Position numbers and translations under genes: made by a program. From positions 512,001 through 576,000 of the forward strand of contig CBDDPY010000002.1 in NCBI GenBank assembly GCA_965232515.1: DNA of 64,000 nt, in the 5' to 3' direction. This document shows positions 19,508 through 28,794 of the stretch, in pieces. The notes under the pieces are model-generated. The model saw only the letters and a program-made list of their open reading frames with translations, was not told where the DNA came from and made no database searches. The DNA is from Alphaproteobacteria bacterium (lineage in GTDB: Bacteria; Pseudomonadota; Alphaproteobacteria; GCA-2731375). Numbering within the stretch: the first letter of the stretch is position 1; each line of letters begins with the position of its first letter.

Positions 19508-19662
19508 ACGCCGGCGCCGCCGGCGGTTGGTCGGCTTGTCATTTGCCCGTTCTCCTCCCTGGTCGTCAGGGAGTCGATACAATGCCAGCAAGCCTGTTGT
19601 CGAGATCGACGGCGGGCGCCGCGACGCCAGCATCGGCATCGCGGCGCCCGGATATCGGTTTT

Positions 19663-20232
19663 CTAGGGCTTCAGGACGGGATAGGCGTAGTCGTACACGA
19701 GGTCGGTCGACCGGACCGGTTCGTGACAGGCAAGGCAGTCCTCGCGATAGTCCGTGCTGACGGTCCGGACCTTGTCGTCGGCATTGAAGAACGACCAGCC
19801 CCAGCCGTCGCCCCAGAGCGGATTGCCGGGAAACCGCCCCTTCGCGTCCTTGACCATGATGAAGTAGCCGGCCGTCGAGGCGGCGCTCGTGGCCTCGCCG
19901 GTGGTCAGCGTTTCGGTCTTGCCGTTGAACAGCTCCTTCACCAGGACGGTGCCGTCCGGGAATGCGCCGGTGCGACGGTAGGCGTCGACGGCGGCACGCG
20001 GCGCATAGACCACATGCAGCCCGACGCCGCCGCCGGTATCGGCATCGCCGGCGACAGACCAGGCGCCGAGCATGACGTAGTCGGTGCGGAAGTTCTCGGG
20101 CACGCGGATGGCGCCGTCGCTGTCGACGACGCCCTTGGCATAGGGCTTGTCGGCCATCTGGCTGTAGGCGGTGCCGGCGACGGCGGCCAGCCAGATCGCG
20201 CATAGCAGCATCAGGATTCGGGTTCTGAGCAT
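19663..20232 (-). CDS. Cytochrome P460 family protein (periplasmic c-type)
   Basis: Signal peptide; [11 protein letters not shown] (cross-link Lys), [12 protein letters not shown]-terminal CLACH, AYPVL. Confidence 0.88.
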   Translation of the reverse strand: MLRTRILMLLCAIWLAAVAGTAYSQMADKPYAKGVVDSDGAIRVPENFRTDYVMLGAWSVAGDADTGGGVGLHVVYAPRAAVDAYRRTGAFPDGTVLVKELFNGKTETLTTGEATSAASTAGYFIMVKDAKGRFPGNPLWGDGWGWSFFNADDKVRTVSTDYREDCLACHEPVRSTDLVYDYAYPVLKP

Positions 20233-20292
20233 GTCGGATCGACCCTTTCTCGGTGCGTCCGATGCCGTGAATGGCATCGGGATCGTGCAATG

Positions 20293-20343
20293 AAGGAAAC
20301 AGATCTGTTTCCTTGCGCAAGTAGGAAACAAATCTGTCTCTTT
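20293..20343. promoter_or_regulatory. Tandem TetR-type operators between cytochrome P460 and TetR
   Basis: Perfect 22-bp palindrome AAGGAAACAGATCTGTTTCCTT (20293-20314) and degenerate copy AGGAAACAAATCTGTCTCTTT (20323-20343). Confidence 0.75.
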
Positions 20344-20492
20344 CGTCAACGCGAATTGGCGGCTGCGGATGTCAACAAAACGCGAGGAAGTTGTGATGTT
20401 GTAATAAATCGGCGACGGATCGTTACGTTGTGAACACGGGTCTGATCGGCTATCGTGGAGACCAAACCGTCTACCTATCCGGAGCCTTGCCG

Positions 20493-21095
20493 ATGGCACA
20501 GTCGCCCCGCCGCGAACACCTGATCGACACCGCGATCGAGCTGTTCGCGGAGCACGGCTATCACGCCACCGGGATCGACAAGATCCTGGCCACCGCCCGC
20601 GTGTCGAAGAAAACGCTCTACCGGCATTTCCGCTCGAAGGAAGAGCTGATCCTCGCCGCCCTGAAGAAGTATGACGGCCTGTTCCGCAACGACTTCATGC
20701 GCCAGGTCGAGGCCAGGGCCGACACACCGCGCGGCCGTCTGCTCGCCGTCTTCGACGTCGCCGCCGACTGGTTCCGGCAGAACAACTTCTACGGCTGCAT
20801 GTACATCAACGCGATCGGCGAGTACGCCGCGCCGGACACGCCGATCCGCCAGGTCTGCAAGGAGTTCAAGGCGCTGATGCGGCGCTATGTCGAGGATCTG
20901 TGCATCGAATTGCGGGCGCCCGACCCGGCGGGCCTCGCCGAGGAGCTGGCGCTGCTGCTCGAGGGCGCGATCGTCACCGCCCAGGTCTCCGAGACGCGGG
21001 AACGGGCGGCCCGGGTCGCCGCGACCGCGGCCGCGGTCCTCATCGACCAGGCGACCGGGACGGCAGGCGGCGACCCTGTTTCGAAAAAAGTTTGA
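20493..21095 (+). CDS. TetR/AcrR family regulator
   Basis: LFAEHGYHATGIDKILATARVSKKTLYRHFRSKEEL; GCMYIN motif. Confidence 0.93.
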   Translation: MAQSPRREHLIDTAIELFAEHGYHATGIDKILATARVSKKTLYRHFRSKEELILAALKKYDGLFRNDFMRQVEARADTPRGRLLAVFDVAADWFRQNNFYGCMYINAIGEYAAPDTPIRQVCKEFKALMRRYVEDLCIELRAPDPAGLAEELALLLEGAIVTAQVSETRERAARVAATAAAVLIDQATGTAGGDPVSKKV

Positions 21096-21132
21096 TGCCG
21101 GCGCGACGGATTTCGCCGGTTTGACCCGTGTA
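21084..21132 (+). promoter_or_regulatory. Putative ECF sigma promoter for the EF-hand/sigma/anti-sigma operon
   Basis: A-tract AAAAAAGTTT, -35-like CGACGGA (21104-21110), -10-like CCGTGTA (21126-21132). Confidence 0.4.
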
Positions 21133-21185
21133 GGTCAGAGAGCCCGGACGCAATCCGCCGGGCGAGGCCAACGGAGTATCCAGGA

Positions 21186-21635
21186 ATGCCCGCAAACAAA
21201 TTCATTTGCGGCGGCATCGTCGTCGCGCTGCTCGGCCTGCCGCTTGCCGCCGGCGCCCAAGGGCCAGGCGCCATGGGCGACGACGACCGCGGCCCGCGCG
21301 AGAGCCGCATGCTGCGCCTGCTCGACACCAACAACGACGGCCAGGTCAGTCTGGATGAGATCAAGGCCGAGCAGCGCCGCCTGATCGGCGCCGCCGACAT
21401 CGACGGCAACGGCGAGCTGTCGGTGGACGAGTTCCGGCGCCGCGGCGGCTGGTTCCAGCGCCTGTCGACCACGACGCTGTTCGACCTCATGGACGCCGAC
21501 GGCAATCAAGTGCTGACCGCGGACGAGATCGGCAAGCCGTCGGAGCGTTGGTTCGCGCGTTATGATGCCAACGATGACGGTCAACTCTCGGCGGACGAAT
21601 TGCCCCAGCGTCGGCACCGGCACAAGCGGCGCTGA
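21186..21635 (+). CDS. Exported EF-hand calcium-binding protein
   Basis: Signal peptide; four EF loops DTNNDGQVSLDE, DIDGNGELSVDE, DADGNQVLTADE, DANDDGQLSADE. Confidence 0.9.
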   Translation: MPANKFICGGIVVALLGLPLAAGAQGPGAMGDDDRGPRESRMLRLLDTNNDGQVSLDEIKAEQRRLIGAADIDGNGELSVDEFRRRGGWFQRLSTTTLFDLMDADGNQVLTADEIGKPSERWFARYDANDDGQLSADELPQRRHRHKRR

Positions 21636-21660
21636 CGGCGCTCTCCACGCTCCGTTGCCG

Positions 21661-22275
21661 GTGCCCCGCGAAGGCGATCGACGGCGGGCGGAGAGACTGG
21701 CAGCCGGGCTCTCTGTCCGCCGCACCGACGGCGCCGATGACGACCGGTTGATGGCCGGCGTCGCCGCCGGCGATCGTCGCGCATGGGCGTTGTTGGTCGA
21801 GCGCCATCTGTCCGCCATCCACGGCGCCGCCTGGTACCTGCTGGCCGACCGGGCGGAAGCCGAGGACGTGGCGCAGGAGGCGTTCCTGCGCCTGCTGCCC
21901 AAAGCGCCGGACTGGCGCTCCGACGGCGCCTCGGTCCGGACCTGGCTGCGCCGCGTCGCCGTCAATCTCAGCATCGACCGTTTGCGCGCCCATCGATCGG
22001 TGTCGCTCGACATGGTCGCCGAAACGCCGGCCGACGAGGACGTCGATGCCGATGTCGATCGCCGCCGCCGGGTCGCCGCCGCGCTCGCTGGCCTGCCCGA
22101 GCGCCAGCGCGCCGCCATCGTCCTGGTGCATTACCAGGGCTACAGCCAGCGCGAGGCCGCCGAGCTTCTGAGCATCAGCACGGATGCCCTCGAATCTCTG
22201 CTGGCCCGCGCCCGCCGAACACTGAAGCAACGGCTCGACGCCGTCGCCGCCGACCTGTTGGGAGCCTCCCGATGA
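21661..22275 (+). CDS. ECF RNA polymerase sigma factor (start uncertain)
   Basis: DDRLMAGVAAGD, AEAEDVAQEAFLRL, TWLRRVAVNLSIDRLR, LPERQRAAIVL, region 4 HTH. Confidence 0.92.
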   Translation: MPREGDRRRAERLAAGLSVRRTDGADDDRLMAGVAAGDRRAWALLVERHLSAIHGAAWYLLADRAEAEDVAQEAFLRLLPKAPDWRSDGASVRTWLRRVAVNLSIDRLRAHRSVSLDMVAETPADEDVDADVDRRRRVAAALAGLPERQRAAIVLVHYQGYSQREAAELLSISTDALESLLARARRTLKQRLDAVAADLLGASR

Positions 22276-22835
22276 CCGACGACCGCAACGATGGACCGGC
22301 GATGACCGAGGCGCGCCTGCGCGACATCATCGCCAGCTACGGCGCCTCGCCGCAACGCTGGCCCGCGGACGAACGCGTACAGGCATTGGCGCTGCTGGCG
22401 CGGTCCGACGCCATCCAGACCCACTACGATGCCGCTGTCCGCCTCGATACCGACCTCGCTCTTCTGCACGCCCCGGCGCCGTCCGAGGCGCTCGCGGAAC
22501 GCCTTGCCGACCTGATGCCCGCGACCGCCGCGCGCGCGACCAGATCCGGCAAGCACAGCCCGAACGTCTGGCGTCCGGCCGCCATCGCCGCCTCGCTGCT
22601 CATCGCCTTCGCCCTCGGGCTGCTGCTGCCGTCACCCCTGCGCGAACAGCCCATGACGTCGCCGGACCGGACTGCGGCCACTGACGTCCGGCCGAACGAC
22701 GCCGATTTCGCGACGCTCGCCGACCTCGCGATCATCGACCTGACCGATGACGATGTCGCGGTTACCAGCGTCGGTGAGGACGATCTCGAGCCGACTCCGG
22801 CCACCGAGCAACTCGCCGCCATCCCGTTGGACTAG
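22272..22835 (+). CDS. Putative single-pass anti-sigma factor
   Basis: ATGA overlap with sigma; IASYGASPQRWPADER N-domain, one TM (AAIAASLLIAFALGLLL), acidic C-tail. Confidence 0.7.
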   Translation: MTDDRNDGPAMTEARLRDIIASYGASPQRWPADERVQALALLARSDAIQTHYDAAVRLDTDLALLHAPAPSEALAERLADLMPATAARATRSGKHSPNVWRPAAIAASLLIAFALGLLLPSPLREQPMTSPDRTAATDVRPNDADFATLADLAIIDLTDDDVAVTSVGEDDLEPTPATEQLAAIPLD

Positions 22836-23728
22836 GTGGTTCGGTCCTCGTCGCCGGCCTCACGTCGCAACCATTCGACCACCGCCGTCACCGCTGCCCG
22901 CGGCGGTGCGCCCTCTGGTTGAACGATCCAATAGGCATCCGGGACCGCGACCTCGAGGTCGCCGCAGGGTCGCAGCAGCAGGCCGGCGGCGATGTCGTCG
23001 GCTGCCAGACGGCCGCGGGCGAGCGCGACGCCCAGCCCCTGACCAGCCGCCCGCAACACCAGATCTGAGGACGCAAAACGCGGCCCCGGTCGCAAATCGA
23101 GACCAGCGGGGCCGTGTGCCGCGCGCCAGATCGCCCAGGCGGCGTTCGGGTCGCGGTCGTGCACCAGCCGCAGACCTTTAAGGTCGGTCGGCTTTGACGG
23201 ACGTCCCGATGCCGCCCAATATCCCGGGCTCATGACCGGATACAGGATGTCGTCCATCAGGGGCGTGCTGTCCAACCCTGGCCAGGGACCACGGCCCATG
23301 CGGATGGCGAGATCGGCCCCGGCGGCCGTCAGATCGCTCAACCGTTGATCGACCAGGATCGACAACTCGATCCAGGGATAAGTTGCCTCGAAAGCGGCGA
23401 GGCGCGGCAACAGCCAGCGCGAAGCGAGCGAAGGCGTTGTCGAAATCGTCGCGGTATTGCCACGTTTCGCTTCGCGCACCGCGGCGACGGCATTCGCCAG
23501 GTCGCGCATGTTCGTCAAAGCGGCCCGGCCCAGCGCTTCCCCTTGCGGCGTGAACGAGATGGCGCGCCTGGTCGCGCGCGGCTCGATCAGGGGTACGCCG
23601 ATCCAGGCCTCCAGTTCCCGCAGATGCCGGCTGACCGCCGAATGGGTGATCTGCAGGTCCCGCGCCGCCGGCCGAACGCCGCCGGCCTCGTAGACGGCGG
23701 CGAAGGCCCGGAGGGCGTTCAGCATCAA
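22832..23728 (-). CDS. LysR family regulator (GcvA-like)
   Basis: LNALRAFAAV, THSAVSRHLRELE, SRWLLPRL, DLAIRMG. Confidence 0.93.
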   Translation of the reverse strand: MMLNALRAFAAVYEAGGVRPAARDLQITHSAVSRHLRELEAWIGVPLIEPRATRRAISFTPQGEALGRAALTNMRDLANAVAAVREAKRGNTATISTTPSLASRWLLPRLAAFEATYPWIELSILVDQRLSDLTAAGADLAIRMGRGPWPGLDSTPLMDDILYPVMSPGYWAASGRPSKPTDLKGLRLVHDRDPNAAWAIWRAAHGPAGLDLRPGPRFASSDLVLRAAGQGLGVALARGRLAADDIAAGLLLRPCGDLEVAVPDAYWIVQPEGAPPRAAVTAVVEWLRREAGDEDRTT

Positions 23729-23736
23729 GTCACGTA

Positions 23737-23755
23737 TGGTCTGAATATTAGACCA
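23737..23755. promoter_or_regulatory. LysR binding box
   Basis: TGGTCT-GAATATT-AGACCA inverted repeat containing T-N11-A, between the divergent LysR and GST genes. Confidence 0.6.
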
Positions 23756-23835
23756 AAACTCGCGGACTCCAGAACGGTCTTGCTGGCCCGATCCTGCTAG
23801 CGTCGGTCCGGGTTTCTCGGACGCGGGGCGGCACG

Positions 23836-24864
23836 ATGGGCATGCTGGTGGAAGGTCGCTGGACGAATGACGACGACGCGGTGCGGGCGGGAGCGTTCGT
23901 CCGCCGGGCTAGCGTCCATGGCGACGCAATCGACCCCGATGTCGTCGCGGCGATGCGTGCGGAACCGGACCGCATCCACCTCATCGCCTCCTGGAGCTGT
24001 CCCTGGTCGCACCGTGCGATGGTCGCGCGGCAGCTCAAGGGGCTGACGGAATGCGTGCCGGTTCAGATGGCTGGCGGCAGACGGGTGGAGGGTTACGCCG
24101 CGAACGGCGGTAAGCCATGGCGCGTTCCCGGCGCCGAGCGCAGCATCGTTCACCTGCACGAGCTCTATGCGCTCGACGATCCGGGCTATACGGGGCGGGT
24201 CACGGTGCCGGTCCTCTGGGACAGCCGGACGGGCCGCATTCTCAGCAACGAGTCGGCGCGGATCATGGCGGCCTTCGACGACGCCGCGCCGGCCGACGGC
24301 GGTCTCGATTTCACGCTGCGGCCGCCGGGCTTGGCGCAGTCGATCGACCGGCTCAACGCCAAGATTTATTCCGGGCTCTGCAATGCCGTTTATCGCGCCG
24401 GCTTCGCCCGCCGGCAGGACGCCTACGACGACGCCGTCGCCGATGTGTTCGCGGTGCTGGAAATGCTTGAGGCGCGCCTCGCCGACCGGCGTTATCTCTT
24501 CGGCGCTGTCGTTACAGAGGCCGACTGGCGGCTGTTTCCGACGCTGGCGCGGTTCGACACGGTCTATCACACGCATTTCCGCTGTTGCCGTCGTCGCCTC
24601 GTCGACTATCCCAGCCTCTGGGGCTACACGCGCGATCTCTATGCCTGGCGAGGCGTTGCCGAAACGCTCGACATCGCCGCCATCCGCGAAGGCTATTTCC
24701 TGAACGATGGCGACACCAACCCCTACGGCATCGTCGCCGTCGCACCGGAGATCGACTGGCGTCTCCCGCATGGCCGCAATGCCCTTGGGCCGGCCAAGGC
24801 GGCATTGCGCGACGGCGGCACGGTCGAGGTCGATCCGGCCACCCTGCAGGTCGTTGCTGGTTGA
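23836..24864 (+). CDS. Glutathionyl-hydroquinone reductase / Xi-class GST (YqjG-like)
   Basis: MGMLVEGRW, SCPWSHR, YTGRVTVPVLWD, SNESARI, EADWRLFPTLARFDTVY. Confidence 0.92.
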   Translation: MGMLVEGRWTNDDDAVRAGAFVRRASVHGDAIDPDVVAAMRAEPDRIHLIASWSCPWSHRAMVARQLKGLTECVPVQMAGGRRVEGYAANGGKPWRVPGAERSIVHLHELYALDDPGYTGRVTVPVLWDSRTGRILSNESARIMAAFDDAAPADGGLDFTLRPPGLAQSIDRLNAKIYSGLCNAVYRAGFARRQDAYDDAVADVFAVLEMLEARLADRRYLFGAVVTEADWRLFPTLARFDTVYHTHFRCCRRRLVDYPSLWGYTRDLYAWRGVAETLDIAAIREGYFLNDGDTNPYGIVAVAPEIDWRLPHGRNALGPAKAALRDGGTVEVDPATLQVVAG

Positions 24865-24870
24865 TCGGCG

Positions 24871-25458
24871 ATGGACCCGCTTATAGCCGTTACCGGTTTC
24901 GTCGTTGTCGCGGTGATCACGCCGGGTCCGAACAACTTCATCGTCATGGCCGCGGCCGGACGCGGCGGTTTCGCGGCCGCCCTGTCGCCAATGGCAGGCG
25001 TCGTCGGCGGCAGCGTCGCGCTGCTCGCCGTCGCCTGGGCGGGTGCCGCGGCTCTGTTCGAGACGCTGCCGGGCCTGCGGATCGTTGTCGTGCTGCTCGG
25101 CGCGGGCTATCTCGCCTGGCTCGGCGCCGTGATGATCGGGCAGGCGGGCGCCGATGCGTCGGCGGCGACCGGGTTGCCCGATACGGCGCTCGCGGTCGCC
25201 GTCTTCCAGTTCATGAACCCCAAGGCTTGGATGCTGATGCTGACGGCGGTGTCGGCGCTGTCGGGCGAGGGCGGCGCGCTGCCGGCGCTCGCCGCGCTCA
25301 CGGTGATTGTCGCGCTCGTGTCGGCCGGATGCCTCGGCCTCTGGGCCGCCGCCGGCGCGGCGATTTCCGGCTGGCTCGCGCGGCCGGCCGCTCGCCGCTG
25401 GTTCGATCGCGCCATGGGCGGCCTGCTGATCGCCTCGGCCGCGCTGCTGCTGGTCTGA
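24871..25458 (+). CDS. LysE family translocator
   Basis: ITPGPNN, GAGYLAWLG, FQFMNPKAW, hydrophobic throughout. Confidence 0.9.
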   Translation: MDPLIAVTGFVVVAVITPGPNNFIVMAAAGRGGFAAALSPMAGVVGGSVALLAVAWAGAAALFETLPGLRIVVVLLGAGYLAWLGAVMIGQAGADASAATGLPDTALAVAVFQFMNPKAWMLMLTAVSALSGEGGALPALAALTVIVALVSAGCLGLWAAAGAAISGWLARPAARRWFDRAMGGLLIASAALLLV

Positions 25459-25515
25459 TCGCGCCGCTCAAACGCCGAGCGCCGCGCGGACCCTAAGGGT
25501 CGTGAGAAATGCGGT

Positions 25516-26061
25516 CTAGGCCGTACGCCGTCTGTGTCGCATCGTCAGTCCGAGTCCGGCGAGGGCGGCGGTGAACAGAACCAGCGTGCCGGGCTCGGGA
25601 ACGTCACGGGGCGTTGCCGTCCGCAGCTGCCAGCTGCCGGAAAAGCCGGCATCGAACAGGTTCATTGCTTGAAATCTGGAGAACCAGCCGCCGTCGGAGT
25701 CGGATCTGAAGAAGTTGTCGATGCCTTGAAACCCGACAACCGTCACCAACGACAACGACGTCCCGGATACCACCGGGAGCGAGCCGCTAATGAAATCGAA
25801 GGTGAGATCCGGCGGATTGGCGTAGGCGCCGCTTGAGGACGTGTAGGACAGCGACTCGTAGTCGGCGTCCGTCAACGCCGTGCCGGGCGTGTAAGAGTCC
25901 TTGAGCGTCAACACCGCCGTTGCCGATCCGATGCAACCGGCGTTGCAGGTTCCGGTCCAGTCATAAATCACCGCGGCGTGCGCGGCTGGCCAGAATGGAA
26001 ATGCGAACAGAAGCGTCGCGATCACAAGGGCGCACTGTGCGCGGGACGATTGGGTATGCAT
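25516..26061 (-). CDS. PEP-CTERM sorting domain protein
   Basis: Signal peptide ending AHA; S/T/G-rich body; C-terminal VPEPGTLVLFTAALAGLGLTMRHRRR. Confidence 0.9.
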   Translation of the reverse strand: MHTQSSRAQCALVIATLLFAFPFWPAAHAAVIYDWTGTCNAGCIGSATAVLTLKDSYTPGTALTDADYESLSYTSSSGAYANPPDLTFDFISGSLPVVSGTSLSLVTVVGFQGIDNFFRSDSDGGWFSRFQAMNLFDAGFSGSWQLRTATPRDVPEPGTLVLFTAALAGLGLTMRHRRRTA

Positions 26062-26123
26062 CGCTTTCTTCCCTCGTTGGCCGACGTTGCCTGTGCCGAA
26101 GACATGACGCGGCGGTGCCGACG

Positions 26124-26387
26124 CTACGGCGTCAGGTCCAGGGCCTCGACGACCCGGGTATAGGGGATATTCGCCTCGTCATTCAGCCGCGCGACCTGGG
26201 CCGGATCATCGGCCTCGAACAGGCACATGCAGCGACCGTCCTCGGGTGCGAACGTTGAGCGGATATAGCGCATCGGCGTGCCGGCGTCGGCATATTCGCC
26301 CGCCTTGCGAATGGCCGCTTGCTGCGCCGCCGCCAGATCCGCCATCGCGATGCCTTCGAGTTCGCGCTCGACCATGTAAACCGTCAT
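26124..26387 (-). CDS. DUF4242 domain protein
   Basis: YMVEREL, YIRSTF, CMCLFEA, ANIPYTRVVEA. Confidence 0.85.
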   Translation of the reverse strand: MTVYMVERELEGIAMADLAAAQQAAIRKAGEYADAGTPMRYIRSTFAPEDGRCMCLFEADDPAQVARLNDEANIPYTRVVEALDLTP

Positions 26388-26549
26388 GTCAATCTCCCGT
26401 TTGGTTCGGTCTGCGACCGGGACTTGATTTCACGACGTAGACGAACATGAGTGAACTTGAATGTTTCTATTGATCGATAGCCACAGCCTTGGGCACCTCG
26501 TCCTATAATGGGACTTGCACACACGCGACGAACAAGCGAGGTGGCACCC

Positions 26550-27428
26550 ATGGAAATGCATCAAATCCGGTATTTCCTCGCGGCCGCAAAGGCGCTCAAC
26601 TTCACTCGCGCCGCAGAGGCCTGCCACGTTTCACAACCGTCCTTGACGAGTGCAATTAAAAAACTGGAGTCGGAGCTTGGCGCCCATCTCTTTCACCGGG
26701 AAGGCAAGCGGCTGCTGTTGACCGATTTCGGTCAGACCATGCAGCCGCACCTGACTCAGATCGCTGAGCAGACCGATGTCGTGCAAACCGTGGCGCAGAA
26801 CTTCCGACTGTTGAACAAGGTGCCGGTGCGCCTGGGCGTGATGTCGACCGTCGGTCCGGTGCGTGTATCACGCTTTCTGGAGAAGTTCTGCGGCGACTAT
26901 CCGGGCGTCGAGGTGGCCGTGCACGAAGGCACGTTGACGGACCTGGCCGAGCGGCTGGAAGCGGGCGAGCTCGACCTCGCGGTGCTCAATGCGCTGGACG
27001 GCATGGGAGAGGGGGTCCGTCTGCACGCGCTGTACGAGGAACGTTACATCGTGATCTTTCCGCCGGATCACCGCTTTGAGAAGCTGAATACCGTGAGCCT
27101 GACGGACGTATCCGGCGAGCCCTACGTCGATCGCTTGGCCTGCGAAATGCGCGAGATGGTATCGGCGGCGTGCGCGCAGAGCGACGTCGACCTCTATGCC
27201 TGTTTCCGTTCCGAGCGTGAAGACTGGGTGCAGGCCATGGTGTTGGCGAAAATCGGCTTCGCGTTCATGCCGGAGTATTCCGTAACCCTGCCGCACGTGC
27301 TGAGCCGGCCGTTGGTCGAACCGGCGCTGAGCCGGACGATCAGCTTGGCCAGCATGGCGGGGCGCAGGCATTCGCCCGCGGTGTCCGCGTTCGTGCAGTC
27401 CGCCCGTGCCTATCGCTGGCCCGGATGA
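26550..27428 (+). CDS. LysR family regulator
   Basis: MEMHQIRYFLAAAKALNFTRAAEACHVSQPSLTSAIKKLE; divergent from DUF4242. Confidence 0.93.
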   Translation: MEMHQIRYFLAAAKALNFTRAAEACHVSQPSLTSAIKKLESELGAHLFHREGKRLLLTDFGQTMQPHLTQIAEQTDVVQTVAQNFRLLNKVPVRLGVMSTVGPVRVSRFLEKFCGDYPGVEVAVHEGTLTDLAERLEAGELDLAVLNALDGMGEGVRLHALYEERYIVIFPPDHRFEKLNTVSLTDVSGEPYVDRLACEMREMVSAACAQSDVDLYACFRSEREDWVQAMVLAKIGFAFMPEYSVTLPHVLSRPLVEPALSRTISLASMAGRRHSPAVSAFVQSARAYRWPG

Positions 27429-27549
27429 AGGTTGCGCCGCTCAGATGAGGTTCGGCTGGCAGTACCCGCGGACCGAAATCGGATCGATCGTCTCGCAGGC
27501 TGGCCGCTGATCGGTTCCGCCGCGTTGCTTGTGTTCGGATCCGGTCCCG

Positions 27550-28719
27550 TCAAACGCCCAATGCCGCGCGCACCTTCGGTCCCAGCGTCGCCAGCCGCTC
27601 GGCCGTCTCGTTCGCGAAGACGAAGCGGATGTACTGCGCCCCATGAAGCTCGCCCCAGCCGTTCATGGCCGTCGCCGCCACGCCCTCGGCCAGCAGCCGT
27701 TCCGACATCTCGGCGCCGGTCAGGCCGAAGTCTTCCGTTCGCAGCAACATAGACCAGCCGCCCGCCGGCACGCCGACCGGCAGGCCGTCGAGCTGGTCCA
27801 GGATCGCGTCGCGCCGCCGTTCCAGCTCGGCCACGTAACCTGGCAGGGTCTGATAAGACCGTTCAAGAGCGATCGCCGCCGCGTCCTGGGCGATGCCGAC
27901 CGGCACCACGACGTTGGCGAGCGATACCGCGGTCAGGTCCGGCAGAAAGGCCTCGGGCGCGACGATCCAGCCGACCCGCCAGCCGATCATGCGCAGCTCC
28001 TTCGCCGAGCTGCCGACGGTGATCGTGCGTTCGGCCATGCCGGGCAGCGCCGCCGGATGGATCACCGGCCGGTCGTCGAACAGCAACCGCTCCATGGCCG
28101 TATCGAGGACCAGCAGCAGGTCGTGTTCGAAGCAGAGCTCCGCCACCAGGTCCCAGTCGTCGCGGTCGAGATAGCCGCCCGTCGGCATCGACGGCGACAT
28201 CAGCAGCATGGCCGTGGTCTTGGGTCCAATGGCGGCACGAAGGGCCTCGCGGTCGAGCGTACAGGGCGCGCCGGGCGTGAAATTGAACGGCACCTGGCGC
28301 GGCACGCCGCCCGCCAGCCGCACGCGATTCAACAGCCCGGCATAGGTTGGGTCGGTGACAACAACCTCATCGCTGACCTCGACCGTCGCCAGCAGCACGT
28401 TCAGGATGCCCGACAGGCCCCCGGCCGAGATCACGCAGTTCCGCGCGCCGTCATAGTTAACGCCCGACAGCCTTGTCACATGGGCCGCCGCCACGTCGCG
28501 CAACCGGCGCTGGCCGACGAAGGGTAGGTAGCTGTTGTCGTCGTCGTTGTCGGCGGCCCGCACGGTCCGCGCGATGGCCTCGGGCTCGGGCGGGATATTC
28601 ACATCCAGATTTTCCAGCCGCAGGAAATCCCGGTCGGCGGCGTCGGCGACCGCGCCCATGCGGTCGACGCCGATCCCGGCGATGTGGTCCAGACGCCGGG
28701 GACGGGGCCGTGACGTCAT
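27550..28719 (-). CDS. PLP-dependent aminotransferase, class I/II
   Basis: YLPFVGQRRLR, DPTY, SPSMPTG, GSSAKELRMIGWRVGW, YIRFVFA; GGAGG RBS. Confidence 0.9.
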   Translation of the reverse strand: MTSRPRPRRLDHIAGIGVDRMGAVADAADRDFLRLENLDVNIPPEPEAIARTVRAADNDDDNSYLPFVGQRRLRDVAAAHVTRLSGVNYDGARNCVISAGGLSGILNVLLATVEVSDEVVVTDPTYAGLLNRVRLAGGVPRQVPFNFTPGAPCTLDREALRAAIGPKTTAMLLMSPSMPTGGYLDRDDWDLVAELCFEHDLLLVLDTAMERLLFDDRPVIHPAALPGMAERTITVGSSAKELRMIGWRVGWIVAPEAFLPDLTAVSLANVVVPVGIAQDAAAIALERSYQTLPGYVAELERRRDAILDQLDGLPVGVPAGGWSMLLRTEDFGLTGAEMSERLLAEGVAATAMNGWGELHGAQYIRFVFANETAERLATLGPKVRAALGV

Positions 28720-28731
28720 CTTTGCCTCCAA

Positions 28732-28759
28732 ATTATCGATTATCTATAATCTATAATTA
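28732..28759. promoter_or_regulatory. Heptamer array, probable GntR operator
   Basis: ATTATCG ATTATCT ATAATCT ATAATTA tandem 7-mers including the palindrome ATTATnnATAAT, in a 75-bp divergent spacer. Confidence 0.6.
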
Positions 28760-28794
28760 TTGAAATCTGCGCAGAAATACAACACCCTCCCGCC

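Noticed and set aside
17918-20320. 800-aa ORF suggesting a GMC oxidoreductase with a long N-terminal fusion
   Set aside because: The first 271 aa are an Arg-rich off-frame read through the cytochrome P460 gene; the GMC fold starts at [11 protein letters not shown] (19507)
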